Shown here: in pieces, positions 1 to 12,802 of the stretch
Layout of the letters: every line of letters begins with the position of its first letter
Numbering within the stretch: position 1 is the first letter of the stretch
NCBI RefSeq assembly: GCF_964355755.1
Contig: NC_092670.1
Span: forward strand, 982,201 to 1,046,200
Length of the DNA stretch: 64,000 nt
DNA from: Antedon mediterranea
Taxonomy: Eukaryota; Animalia; Echinodermata
Direction: 5' to 3'
The notes under the pieces: model-generated
What the model saw: the letters and a program-made list of their open reading frames with translations, nothing else
The model's database searches: none
Told to the model about the DNA's origin: nothing
Translations under genes and position numbers: made by a program

Positions 1-677
1 ATTAATAAAGAGTTTTAAAATCAATTTCCAGGGTACTTGATTTTAACTTCAATATTCCCAGTATTGTGATACAGTCTCATGGAATATGGACTGCTAACTA
101 ATTGTTTTATATTTAAGTCATTTGAAATGCTTGATCATCAATGTGTGATTGCATAATTTGAATATTAAGACAATTAGGAAACTAAGCATTGTACTAAGTA
201 TGTGATTTGGATTTTCTGCAATCTTGTAAAAATGTTGTCAACAGATTTTCTTCTACTACAGTATCTCAATCGTATTTGTCAAGATTCTTGAAATTAATAA
301 CATCAACAATGAGATATTTTAATAGACCTTTGAATACTAAAACCATCTCCACTTTTTCAGTGAGAGGAACTTTAGTTCTCAATCTGGTAAGCAATAGAAA
401 CAGACAGGGTGCATAAAAACCTGGAGATATTCATTCTCCATGATCTAAAAGTAACTGTTTCAATTAAAAAAAATGAAATGAATTTATATAAATAGATTTT
501 AGTATAAGCTTAAATTAATTTAAATAATTAGCTTAAATAATTTGATTTCATCCATTTAACCATTACTACAGTATTGCACATTATCTACTTATTTATCTAT
601 CTTCATCTCATTAATAATTCTTGATAGGTTTTTATGATCGAATGCTATCATTTCCATAACAACTATAAAGCATATTT

Positions 678-763
678 CTCTTTCTTTTCTCCTTTGTAGT
701 ATCATCCACCTTTATTGTTCCTCTTTCTTTTCTCCTTTGTAGTATCATCCACCTTTATTGTTC
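678..763. repeat. 43-bp tandem duplication
   Basis: CTCTTTCTTTTCTCCTTTGTAGTATCATCCACCTTTATTGTTC, two copies. Confidence 0.88.
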
Positions 764-1307
764 TCATTTTTATATTGCATGCAGTGTATTATACTTTACT
801 ATCACAATACATAAACATCCATATTTTCTATTGATCATTAAAAACTAACAGTAAATCTTTGATAGATATATAGTCAATCATAAAATGAGACTTGATAGAC
901 ATTTAATATGCTGTGTATTGATTTGATTCATCTGAAATAAGCTTTCTAGAAATGATCTCATAATTTAATACTTTTTTATTTGGATAGCTTATGGATGCTT
1001 ACATTAAGCATTGCAACAAACATCTATACAACAAAAACAACACAATCTATTTTTTAAACTAGCTACAGTAGCCCAACGTCATTTTGCTAGCCCAAAGTCA
1101 TTTTGCAAGCCCCAACTAATTGTTTTTGCTTCATAGCGTCGAATAAACTGTTTATTTAAAACAAGATTTAAATATAATTTGTATATGTATACTGTACTGT
1201 ATATATTTCTGCTAAATTTATTCTCCCAAAAAACCATTTCAATCAGTAAGTGGTCGTCAACAGAAATTGTTACCTAAAATGCAAAGTGCTCTGGAATAAA
1301 TCATTAA

Positions 1308-4300
1308 AGGGGGGTTCCGGGTTTAAAATGAATAGTAAAAAATGTAAAATATATTTGTTTGTCTCTTGAACGGTAAAAGTTTCAATTTATATAAGCGTCC
1401 AGTGAAGCAGAACGAAGGCTGTGAAATCAGGCCAGATTACAAGTGCAGCTACGGCAAAATCACACTGTGGTTACAAAATAGGAAATTCGTGAAATGGTCC
1501 ATCTTCCGACGACTCGTTATCATAAACCATATCAATTACTTTTGTAAAATTATACTTATCTGATGTAATTTTAGTCGGTCTTCCCATTTATAAAGTCAAT
1601 TTTTTTATGAAAATTCATCAAAACAGTGAAAAATTAGATATGTTTGCACTTTACGTTTGCCGATTTTCGCACCGACTTAAGGAAAAATCAAAATCAATGA
1701 AGCGTAACGTATACTGTACATTCCTGCTGAGGATCGAGCGAGACGACGATACACGTGCTCTCTCTGCTGCCCATGCCTTGCATCGTCACGTCTAGGCTCG
1801 CGCTAACCGCTCGCCAATTCGCCAATGGCGACTGGAGTCTCCATTTGGCGAAAATAATTATTGCCTCGTTCGCCAAATTGGCGAAAATACATTTCCAAGC
1901 CTAGGCCTAGCCTGGTCGGCGTGACTTCTTATGGGAGCGAGAATTCGCCACACTTCGGTACTTTCTGACTCGGGTACACTTTTTACCACAACAGCATTTT
2001 ATGTGACGACGTCACGATCGCCGTGTTCATTTTTTTAGTTCTGTTTAAACATGCGCAGAGCGTGCCTCGATGACGTTTTAATGACACACAGTTAATGTGA
2101 TTAGTTCGTGGCCGGTCGTCGTCGACGTGATGATGAGCGAATAAAAGGGGAAGTCCCTATTCTTCGACGTAGAAAATGAACTTCGAGAAGAAAATGTAAA
2201 CAGAAACATGTGGACGAATACTTCCGTAAACGAGGCTGTTCTGTTATTTAAAAAGGGGAATTTTAAATTTAACAAAGTAATTACCTCAATAGTATAATGT
2301 TAACATGTTTAATTTTATTTCCCTTTCGATTATTCTAACCGAAAGTTGCGCTTTAAATTGAATAGCTAAGAAACAACGTATACTACAACGGCAACCCTTT
2401 CGGCCGCCTACATAGAATGGGTTACGGCCGCTGCATAGCAAATTCAAAGCTTCTTAAATTTCTGTGGTACATTTCTTCCTAACGTACTTGTTTTATATAA
2501 TAGATTGATAAATATTCCACTTATTAAATAATTTAATAAATCGGTAAAATTGACGTTTCGAAGCAAGTATTCCATGATGAGAGGCGACATTTTTCGACAT
2601 GCCTCGTGTGCGGCGAATACTAGTTCAGAAAATGGAACAGTCCGCTGTGCGGGGGTTATCCAATCATTAATTAACGCGCTAATACCTAGGCGACGGTAAT
2701 TTAGTAATAAGCGGAGAACTGAATCCCCCGTAAGGAAAATGGTAAACACTGATATTTATGGTAGGGATTATTTTTTTCAGTGGTTGGTCTTGTTGGCTTC
2801 TTTGCACCAGGTCCACGCAAAGTCAAATAAAACGATGTGGTTTATCAAACAGAAATATAAATTAGCTTTAATTCATTACTAAATTAGCCAGATTTTGATA
2901 ATGAGAAAGGCTAAAAAATTGTTATCGTTAAAATTGACATACAGTATGAGGCGGATATACATAATAATAATAACCGATTTACATATCAAAATAAAGAGTA
3001 TTTAAAGCCTGATAACATGCAACAAAAATTACTCCACCACCTATTATGGACCTCGTGCGAAAATGGGTAGGTGTTTTCCAAAGTTATTTTTAGCGCGCAG
3101 ATTTCGGCTCGCCGGCTTTTGTACCTCATTTTTAACTCGTGTTTTCTATTAAAATATTTAATAAACATAGATTAAAAATATATAAAAATAATCCCTTAAA
3201 CAAGATCTTTCTAGGCATATAATTTTTATTCTCATGGGTACATAAGAAATAGTATATTTTTAACTTCAAAGACACGTCACTTTTTGAAATTTCACGAACG
3301 TGTTAAAATCGCGGTAACGAAAATCAGCTTCATTGGGATAAATAATAATAATATAAATGTAAAAGAAGTAAAATAACAAACAAATACATGCATTATTTAT
3401 TTAATAAACATTTTTGCGAATTTTTATGGTTTTTTAAATTTGGCTAAAGGATTTTCAATTTGGCTAATGTTTTTCAAAACCTTTCGCCATTTTGGCGAAC
3501 GAAAATTTGACCTTAGCGCGAGCGTAGCACGTGATAAGCAGATACAACAATACCAAACTGGTCGGGTCGAGTATACCCCGTCTATAATCACAACATGAAC
3601 GATGTACAGTATTTGATTGAAGGTCGACTCGACCTACCGGAATGGTATAGATAATATAGCTCGAATGAGAGAGTTGGAATATTTGTGTAGTGCAGCCTAT
3701 AGTAAAAGGCCTGGTAGTATCAATTCGCATAGGGTCTACTACACTAGCTAGCTCAATTTTTAACTGGGCCGGATCGGCTAGGTCTCCTTCCTACTACCTG
3801 GTCTACTTGCTTGATGCATGAGTATCCGCTTTTTTGGAGAGTAAACTAAACCTATTTATTTTAGGCCTACTTAGACGATCGGGACACCATACGTGTGGAC
3901 GGCGATCGGACCTTGTTTTGCTTCAATATTTACAGCCGATTTTGTAGAATGTTTTAGGTTTAGATTGTTTAGGAGTTTGGTTGATAGGATGGGTTTTGTT
4001 ATTTATGGGCCAATCGTCTAGTACTAGTAGTAGGCTAGCTAGGCCCATGGGCCCCATTGTTTTAACGTAGCCATCGTGGCATGGAATCCCTAGTCAGAAT
4101 GGCTCTCGCCCATATTATTATTAGGCTAGGCCTAGAGTAGTATTGTACGTGAAGCCGATAATACGATCTGTACTATAGAGGTATAAAAATAGTATAATTT
4201 ATGACTCCGTATCTGTACTAAATTTTGTATTTCATTAAATGTCAAATAAATATATGCTACTACTGTTATTATTACACTTTAGGCCTAGCTTAGAAAATCT

Positions 4301-4631
4301 ACAAAAAATGTATTTCACAATGATCACAATGGTGGTCGTCGTTTGACAGGGGAGAGAGATGTAAATTAGTTGACAAACACAACGTACATGACGTCGCGAG
4401 TTTGGAATCCACTGGTGACGTGATTTTGTGAATATCTCATGAATATTAATGAGCTTCCCTAAGCTGCTAAAAAACAGACTTTCCATGAATTTACCCTAAA
4501 ATGTATATGAAATTTAATTTTTTTAATTTCTCGTTATTACTTCTTCATTCTGAAATGTCTATATTGTTATAATATTTTTTATTTAATAAATAAACGATAT
4601 TTAAAAGCAATTTTAAACCCAGAATCCCCCT
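1308..4631. mobile_element. Non-autonomous Kolobok-like DNA transposon (TTAA TSD)
   Basis: TTAA at 1304-1307 and 4632-4635; 21-bp TIRs AGGGGGGTTCCGGGTTTAAAA / TTTTAAACCCAGAATCCCCCT (19/21 match); CpG-rich interior unlike the flanks; no transposase ORF. Confidence 0.78.
1793..3526. mobile_element. Putative nested TIR element (hAT-like) within the Kolobok-like element
   Basis: Inverted termini TAGGCTCGCGCTAA / TTAGCGCGAGCGTA (13/14 match), with clustered TCGCCAA/TTGGCGA subterminal motifs at both ends. The TSD is not clean. Confidence 0.55.
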
Positions 4632-6293
4632 TTAATTGAATATTATAAATGAATGGATATTAGTGCATTATCGCAATGAAATAAGACACTGTATCAGGCA
4701 TTGTGAACGTTCTAAAAGTGTTGCCATTTTATTAACGAACAAAGTGGATAAAAAACAGTACTACAGCAGGTGGGAACACCTATCTTTTGAACGTCAACAT
4801 GAAGTATTTTAAAGATTCTTTCCACCAGCTACTGTACAGTACACCAGCCTAATTTCAACACAGTACCCAACACAGTAGAGAACACCTTATACAGTACTCT
4901 ATTAACTTTTTTTTTTTTTTCCAAACCCAAATTGTTTACAATGAAGAATTTTGAAGCTATCCTCACATCATGTGTGCCATTTAGTATTCAACCATTTAAA
5001 ATGATATCAAATATTGGCGAAGATGACTGGCATGCATGCCCATGTTCCTCTGGTGTTGAGACACAATATACTGTACATACAGTGAAAACAGGACATGCAT
5101 GGCAACCAATAAAACTGAATATTGAAATTTCTATTTTCAAATAACTTTAAAATTGAAAATCCGTTCCACTTTGTAGTCAATCTATTATAACTACAGACCT
5201 ACAAATACAGTTCATATAATGTTAGATTGTAATTATTATTTTAAGAAATAAATCTGAATAAATTCTGTTTGAGTGAAACAATTTAAGCATTTGATAAAAC
5301 CCCTATTTTACTCACTGTCAATCCGACTAAAATACAGGTAAAGTATAAATAATATTTAGTAACATTTATGTTTCTGTGGATTTTTTGGGTTTATAGAGTT
5401 ATATTGGCAGCTTTGATAGAGGTACAGTACTGTGGCGTTGTCAAGAGTGCTTCCTTTGATAGAGGTACAGTACTGTGGGGTTGTGTCAAGAGTGGTTCTT
5501 GTGAGAAAAAGATACATTATGTTGAGAGATTCTGCAAAATAAGCATAATTTATACCTAATTCACAATTGTTTATTCTGTCAAATTCGAAAATTGTCCTGC
5601 TTGTTGCGTATAAAACATTAAAAATATGATATGACAGTACGACACCCAGGGTAAATTGCAAAAGCAAGAAATACACAAATTACATAAAAAGGTTAAAACT
5701 TGGCAGTTTAAGTTTGGCTTTGATTATACAAGAAGAATAGTGAACACAAACATCATGTTGACAATTAGCAATAATTATAATGACAGTCTTTGTAAAAGCA
5801 CTTTAGATATTTCCCTAGAGAAACAATTAGAGATAGCAGCGGTGAACACAAGAGAGAAAGGGTTTCCCACAATAAACGCCTCAACTATGAAAAAAATTCT
5901 CAAGGCTCTCAAACTGACTTGCAGATATTAACATTTTACAGATTAGCTAATGCAATTCGTATAGGGCAATAGGAAACTTAGAAGATTAAACGTTAATAAT
6001 AATTGTATTATTTATTCAAAATAAATTTCTTCCTGAAAATAGTAGACCAATTTCGCAGTAATAATACTGTAATAATACTGTATCTACAATTGAACAAAAT
6101 ATGTTAAACCTGCCAAAAAACTGTAATTTAAAGAAAATAATCCATTTTCAACAACAAGTCCATTGTCTGTCGGCGGAGAACAGGTTTTTGGTTAAATTTA
6201 ACCATTTATTTTGATTTTTTGTAAGTGAAATCATAATTTTTCGGGTTTTTTTTCTGTTAAAGTGAAAAAGGCCATTAAAGTTAACTTTTTGAT

Positions 6294-6370
6294 AATGTAT
6301 ACATACTTAATGTACACATACTTAATGTACACATACTTAATGTACACATACTTAATGTACACATACTTAC
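6294..6370. repeat. 15-bp tandem repeat (~5 copies)
   Basis: Unit AATGTACACATACTT. Confidence 0.9.
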
Positions 6371-7057
6371 TTACAGTTGTGAAGATATCAGAATGTAGTG
6401 GTAAAAAGGCAAAAGAATTGAATACACACTAATGATATGCATGGTGTGTGGGTGTATGCAAGATATTATGCCTGCTGCCACACGTTACTCAATTTGATTG
6501 CAAGAGAACTTGACCAGAACTGTTTATTATTATCGTATCACATTCTGATAAATTGCTATCATTTAGATTTCTTAATGTTTGCTCATTGTTAGAATCAAGT
6601 AGGCATCATACAGGCCAACATTAAATGTACAGGTAACATTTAATTAAAGGTTTATTCATAAAATAGTTCAGTACCTTTATTACAAACAATGTCATAAAAA
6701 ATATTGAAAATGAAATAAAGTGTATTGAATGAGTTTAACGAATGGATAAAAGTGGTATAAAAGTTTAAGCTGTGTTTCTACTAGGATGCAATGCAACTAA
6801 TTTGACCAATCATGACAATCCATAATCAACTCATTATTGGGTGGGCAGGTATGTGGGAAAAAACCAGTAAAATTTTACCTATTTAGACTGAGGCTGTGCT
6901 GAAATTAGCCGGATTGGAAGACCTACAGTAAAAGAGTTTTTTTAGGCCGAGTAAACAAACAACTATCTAATCCCTCCCTCTGGAGAGCATTGTTGGTTTA
7001 TCCAGGTAAGCCAGGCAAGAAATAGACAACAAATAGTTTCAAGATTACTGTACTCAC

Positions 7058-7168
7058 CCTAAAATCAATTCCAACGGTGGAGATAAAACTTCCAGCAAGA
7101 AAAGCGCCATCTTTGAATCGAACGAGCAGACACGTCTTACCAACACCGGAATCACCTATCAACATCAC
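7058..7168 (-). CDS. RAB26: Rab26/Rab37-like GTPase exon 2 ([37 protein letters not shown])
   Basis: P-loop GDSGVGKT plus switch I STVGIDF; [10 protein letters not shown] is characteristic of Rab26/37; ttgacag acceptor, GTGAGT donor. I found no downstream exons in 1-7057, so they are probably left of the window. Confidence 0.95.
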
Positions 7169-7546
7169 CTGTCAAATGACAAATGTCAATTCCAATATTA
7201 TTTATTACAAAAATGTAATCAATAAAATTAATTACCAGTAAAATAACAATTACTTAACAACACATACAGACACTCAATATTTGGAGTTCATGGCAAGGAT
7301 GCAAGCAATATGGGAGCGATGACAGGTCATGAACCCATACCACTCACATGTTAGCCTGATTTATAACATTAGGCCATGCTAATCTCTCAGTATAGTACAT
7401 TAGTAGAGGTAGTGGAAGAAGAGATAGTGGAAGAAGAGGATACGAAGCAACCATGAACAGATTAGGTTGAATCCTGTTTGCTCATTTGTGTCAAAACAAT
7501 TTACAGGTAATAGAATCATGAAGCAGTGTTAAATCATATAGTAGTA

Positions 7547-7753
7547 CTGTAAAACAAGAAACTTTCACGAATTTCGCGAGTGATTAAAATTCGCTAAAGT
7601 GTCATGCCACAAATAATATTTATAACGTACAGTAGGCCTACAGTATGTTGCTTCCATAACAATTAACATACATGATCTTGTTACAGTATTTACTTGCACT
7701 TTATTTTTCAAATTCGCGAAAGTTTCATGTTACAAAAGTTTCTGGTTTTACAG
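7547..7753. mobile_element. TA-TSD MITE (Tc1/mariner-like)
   Basis: TA|CTGTAAAACAAGAAACTTT ... AAAGTTTCTGGTTTTACAG|TA. Confidence 0.75.
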
Positions 7754-7930
7754 TAATATGTCCTCTTGTTTAGCAAAGAAGAATGTTGTGCATTATGGTG
7801 AAATGAGTATCAAGTGTTTTAAACAAAACTAGTAATTTATCTGCTAGGTGTATAGTTACATACTACTGTATACTACAATTAAATATTAATTTAATCCAAA
7901 TATTAAGTATCTACACCTACAGCACAGCAG

Positions 7931-8454
7931 GGGCGGATTGCTATAAGCGGTCTATAAACGGTCTTAGCGCTTAGCCGACTATAATTCGTGACGTAGCAAG
8001 TAGTCTTTATTTATAGACCATTGCTATACCGCGGTCTGACCTGTAAACGGTCTTTAAAATTAAAGCCTACTCGAAGGAGTCTTAAAACAGTCTTAAACCT
8101 CACTTTTTGTTGTTTTTACGTATTATTTATCGTCAAAGATAACCAATTGAACGAGTTTTAAGTGTTAAATCAAATAATAACGGTGATTTTATTCTTATAT
8201 AGGCCTAGAATAGATTTTCTCGTGTATAAATGTACGTACTGTTATGATTTGTGAATTGAACAAGCGTGACGAACATTACCTTATTTGGTATTCTACGCGC
8301 AAATTACGCCCTCAATTTGTTACTTTACGTGGACTGTTATTATTATAGCAATGGTCTATCAGGAGTGGCTTTAATAAGACCGTCTATCTGATAAAGCCGG
8401 CTTTAATCGGGGAGTTAAGACCATCAGTTAAGACTGTTTTATAGCAATCCACCC
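7931..8454. mobile_element. PIF/Harbinger-like MITE (CAG TSD)
   Basis: CAG|GGGCGGATTGCTATAA ... TTATAGCAATCCACCC|CAG, with internal inverted ATAGACCATTGCTATA motifs. Confidence 0.82.
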
Positions 8455-10185
8455 CAGGCCTTGTTTTTTGTGGCGTGGGATTACATTTAAATCCTAACAT
8501 TCCCCTGAGGCGTGGTATTTACAGCAGACTTAAGTTTAGGGAAACTTCTATTCTACACACTATGATACGACCAGCAAACCTAAAGCAGGGAGTTGTACTC
8601 CCTGCCTAAAGCACCATTGAGAAGTGCAATTTGTAGCATACCATTTACAAGGACCTGGTACAGAGTATCATAACTATAATTAAATTGGCTCTCAAGTTGT
8701 AAAAGCTTAAATCTTATTGTTTTCACACTGAGCAATGAGTTTCAATGGTTTCAATAAAAGGGTACTCATAATCATTTTTTTAAATCAAAGGAAATGTTTT
8801 CATTTTTAATGAGCAAAGAAATGTCCAACAAGCACATTTACTACTTTGACTATATTGCTCAATTTTAACAATTTGTTAACACCTTGTTACAGTAGCATTC
8901 ATTAAATTGTACTGATGATAAAAAATCACATAAAAAACACCATGTTTTAGTTCATAAATAATATAGTGTTCCTAGAAATCCTAGAATGTGCTAGTAAAGA
9001 TAAGTAGATCTATGAGTTAAGCATGACTTAAATGTCACGCTAGGCTGTTTCACAGGTGCTGCTGCTAACAACCCACATACGCTTATCCTCCCACAGTTTT
9101 TATTCGATATTATTATGAGATAGAAGAAGGATAATATTAACAACATGTAATTAAGAAAATAGATTTCCTCAATCTGAACACAAATCAAGTGTAAAGTTCT
9201 ATCTCATATTTGTATATAACATTCACAATCTGTATACTGCTATCTAGTGGTTGCAGTCACTGTACTGCACTTTGTATCTATTGCTAGATGCATTGCACAC
9301 TAATTACACATTGCTCAATTACAGCAATGCCTGGCTTGGCTAATTCAGTAATAAACCTAATGTCCTAATTGACTATCAGTAAACGTAATGTAATTTCACA
9401 TATTTATCAATATAATGTTATTTGTGTGTGCTAAACATAGAAAAACTATGGTTTTATTAACAAATTGCTATAAAGGTGCTGCTATACTTAAAACAATATT
9501 TATTGTACAAATAATGTGCCAATTTGATCATTACCATGAGATTATTAATGCATAATCACCATCAGTAAAGTTTCAAATTACTGTACAGCATAGCTACAAT
9601 AATAAGTTATTGAATAGCCTGCCTACTGTAGGTAATACAAAGTGATTGTATACAATTTATTGAGTTAAATTGCACTTAGCCTGTAATGTGAAAGTTCTTC
9701 GACACCATAGATCAAAATGGTGTAATAGATTAGTACGCATTCAGTACTTTGGGGCATGCGACCATTGGTGTATATGGTATGCACAATTTTAATGACTTAC
9801 GCAATTTGTAATTGCTCCTTTGGATCGAGGTGTATTATGTTATAAATTACAGTACATTACCGACTTTGAGAATCCTTCATCACTGAACAAAATCAAATGT
9901 GCTGATTTTGTGGAAAAACTTAAATTAAATTTAATGAGTAAGTCAGTAATGCCAAATAAGTTGCTGCAATTGAGACTAGGGCCTATTCCCATGAAATGGG
10001 CCTATTGGTTTTAAGACAGGTTGGCATTACATCTCTAATCCATCATCATAGTACAGTTAGTATAAGATGGCATGACAGCATGTTAATACCGTACTACTGT
10101 ATTGACCGTCTGCGTGGTATCAAACCTGCTTATTATACGTATACTTTGACATGGTTCATCCCGCATACTTTGAGTACATGCTGTA

Positions 10186-10345
10186 CTATGGTTTCCAGTA
10201 TGTGTTCTTTGCCTTGCGTTGTTGCATGAAATCAAACCGATTTGATTTCCCGTGGCGATGTTTGCAGCACTGTAGCGTCGTCGGTTCCCACTTGTGATTA
10301 CGCAATACAGTACTTTGTGTTTATACGTCGCTGCGTTATGTTGCG
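10186..10345. mobile_element. Degenerate Harbinger-like MITE
   Basis: Right end GTTGCGTTCTAGTGGGAACCATGCT, with a degenerate inverted left end ATGGTTTCCAGTA. Confidence 0.45.
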
Positions 10346-10692
10346 TTCTAGTGGGAACCATGCTGAAGTCGTACCGTACCGATATAATGCATTAAATTAC
10401 ACACACGGTTGACCGTGCTGATAGCCAATATTTTATTATTAAATATTATTATTATTATCCAAATTGTTAGTAGATAATCATTCATTAGTGTAAAATCTCG
10501 CACTTTATTGATGATTGTACTTCGCAGTGAAGTTAATTGTTATTAAAGCGACACCAAGGACAACACTATGTTTTTTTAGGCCCATTGAACAACAAAAACC
10601 ACCTGTCGACCTACACCGACCTCCAGCATCAGCAGTCACCACCTGATGTTGTTTTGACTGGCATCATCATCTCATTTTTGTAGCTAACTTAC

Positions 10693-10764
10693 CTTACATG
10701 AGAAATCGTAAAATTCTCCTCCGATGGAGCCACTACGCACGACTCCGTTACTTGTGGACGACAT
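10693..10764 (-). CDS. RAB26: Rab26/Rab37-like GTPase, first coding exon (MSSTSNGVVRSGSIGGEFYDFSCK)
   Basis: ATG to AAG/GTAAGT, 72 nt. FYDFSCK joins in phase 0 to [12 protein letters not shown], like human RAB26 [19 protein letters not shown]. Confidence 0.85.
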
Positions 10765-11065
10765 AACATTAAATACCAACCAAATGATAAAATTCTCACA
10801 TAAACAAGCAAAAAAATACTGAAATTACGGTCAAATTCAATGCAACATATTGATATTCCAGAAATAAGCCCCTGAATTTCCGAGAGATTCTGCTCATTTA
10901 GCGCCATCTATAGTTTCAAAATATTACATCTTCAGTGTAAAATCTTGGTGGCGCCAGATTCGTACAGCTGAAGACTTTTAAAATAATGTTATGTGTGTGT
11001 ACTGAAAATTGGTGAACTTTAACCATTCTTTTTAATCAAAATACGTCCACAATAATTGAATAGTA

Positions 11066-12802
11066 CGGTGGCCCACAACTGTCACGCACACTATAACACA
11101 GAATCACACAATTAAAGAAGGAATTACACAATTAAAGAAGAAATCGCACAATTAAAGAAGAAATTGCATAGGGCCTATAAACAAAAGAAAGCATGAAAAT
11201 ATAAAACGAAATGCACAAATATAAAAGAAATGCGCAATTAAAGAAGAGCTAAGCACAATTAAAGAAGTCCGCAACAAATTCGAAAGCTCCTCGCACAATT
11301 AAAGAAGTCCGCAACAAATTCGAAAGCTCCTCGCACAATTAAAGAAGTCCGCAACAAATTCGAAAGCTCCTCGCACAATTAAAGAAGTCCGCAACAAATT
11401 TGAAAGTACCTCGCACAATTAATAAAGTACAGTTCAGTATGGAACGCCATCGCTGCCTCCGGCAGCAAATTTTAATTCTATTCGGCTCTTTTACTATTAC
11501 TTTCGGCTCTTTTAGCATTCAGCGCATTTCTATTCGGCCCATTTACCATTACGTTTGGCTCTTTCTTTCAGCATTCGGCGCATTTCCATTTGGCCCATTT
11601 AACATTACGTTTGACTCTTTCAGCATTCGGCCCATTTACCATTACGTTCGGCTCTTTCAGCATTTGGCTATATTTTTTTCGGCCCATTTACCATTACGTT
11701 CGGCTTTTTTTAATTCGGCCCTTTTTTATTCGGCTCCTTCTGCATTACGTTCGGCTCTTTTTGATTTGGCCCTTTTTATACGGCGCAATTAAATTCTAAC
11801 CTTTTACATGGGGTCAAATGGAAGAAAATCAACGGCTGGAAATGAGTCTATGAAAAGTTCATAAAACATATATAGATGCAGCATGTAGAGTGTTTGGTTG
11901 GTTGAATTAAATGAATTTGAAGGCTATTTCAATATGACTAATCATTTTATTGACATGATTAATGTGTTAGAGAACTTGCAATTGTCCCACCTTATTGACC
12001 ATTTTGAGAGAGAAAGGTTTGATTTATGGCCTAGCCTAGTGTCAGCCTAACATTTAATAATAATAATAATTTACCCTTTCTCTCTCACAATTTGTTAAAA
12101 GATGAATTAATTTTAGGTTATTCAACACATCTTTAATCGGTTGGCTACTCATGGTTGGCGCCATGATGATGAAATGTTTGTAAACTTTTCATAGACTCAT
12201 TTCCAGTCGATTTTCTTCCATTTGACCCCATGTCAAAGGTTAGATTTTAATTGCGCCATATAAAAAAATGCCGATTTAAAAGAGCCCAACGTAATGCAGA
12301 AAGAGCCGAATAAAAATGGGCCGAATAAAAAATGCGCCGAATGCTGAAAGAGCCGAACGTAATGGTAAATGGGCCGAATAGAAATGCGCCGAATGGTAAA
12401 AGAGCCGAACGTAATGGTAAAAGAGCCGAATAGAATTAAAGTTTGCTGCCGGAGGCAGCGATGGCGTTCCATACGGACTACTGTACTCTAATTGTGCGAG
12501 GAGCTTTCGAATTTGTTGCGAACTTCTTTAATTGTGCGAGGAGATTTCGAATTTGTTGCGGACTTCTTTAATTGTGCGAGGAGCTTTCGAATTTGTTGCG
12601 GACTTCTTTAATTGTGCTTAATAGCTCTTCTTTAATTGCGCGTTTCTTCTTTATTTGTGCATTTCGTTTTATATTTTCATGCTTTCTTTTGTTTATATGC
12701 GATTCCTTCTTTAATTGTGTGATTTCTTCTTTAATTGTGTGATTCCTTCTTTAATTGTGTGAATATGATTTATATAGTGTGCGTGACAGTTGTGGGCCAC
12801 CG
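11066..12802. mobile_element. Foldback-type element with ~630-800 bp modular inverted arms (TA TSD)
   Basis: TA|CGGTGGCCCACAACTGTCACGCACACTATA ... TATAGTGTGCGTGACAGTTGTGGGCCACCG|TA. The arms contain ~40-bp GCACAATTAAAGAAGTCCGCAACAAATTCG repeats and ATTCGGC repeats; the spacer is about 300 bp. Confidence 0.88.

Noticed and set aside
1-7057. Further Rab26 exons (WDTAGQERF, NKxD motifs)
   Set aside because: I could not find them on the minus strand; they are presumably beyond the left edge.
11400-12472. Two ORFs both containing MERHRCLRQQ on opposite strands, as duplicated genes
   Set aside because: They are mirror products of the inverted arms of a foldback element, read through tandem repeats.
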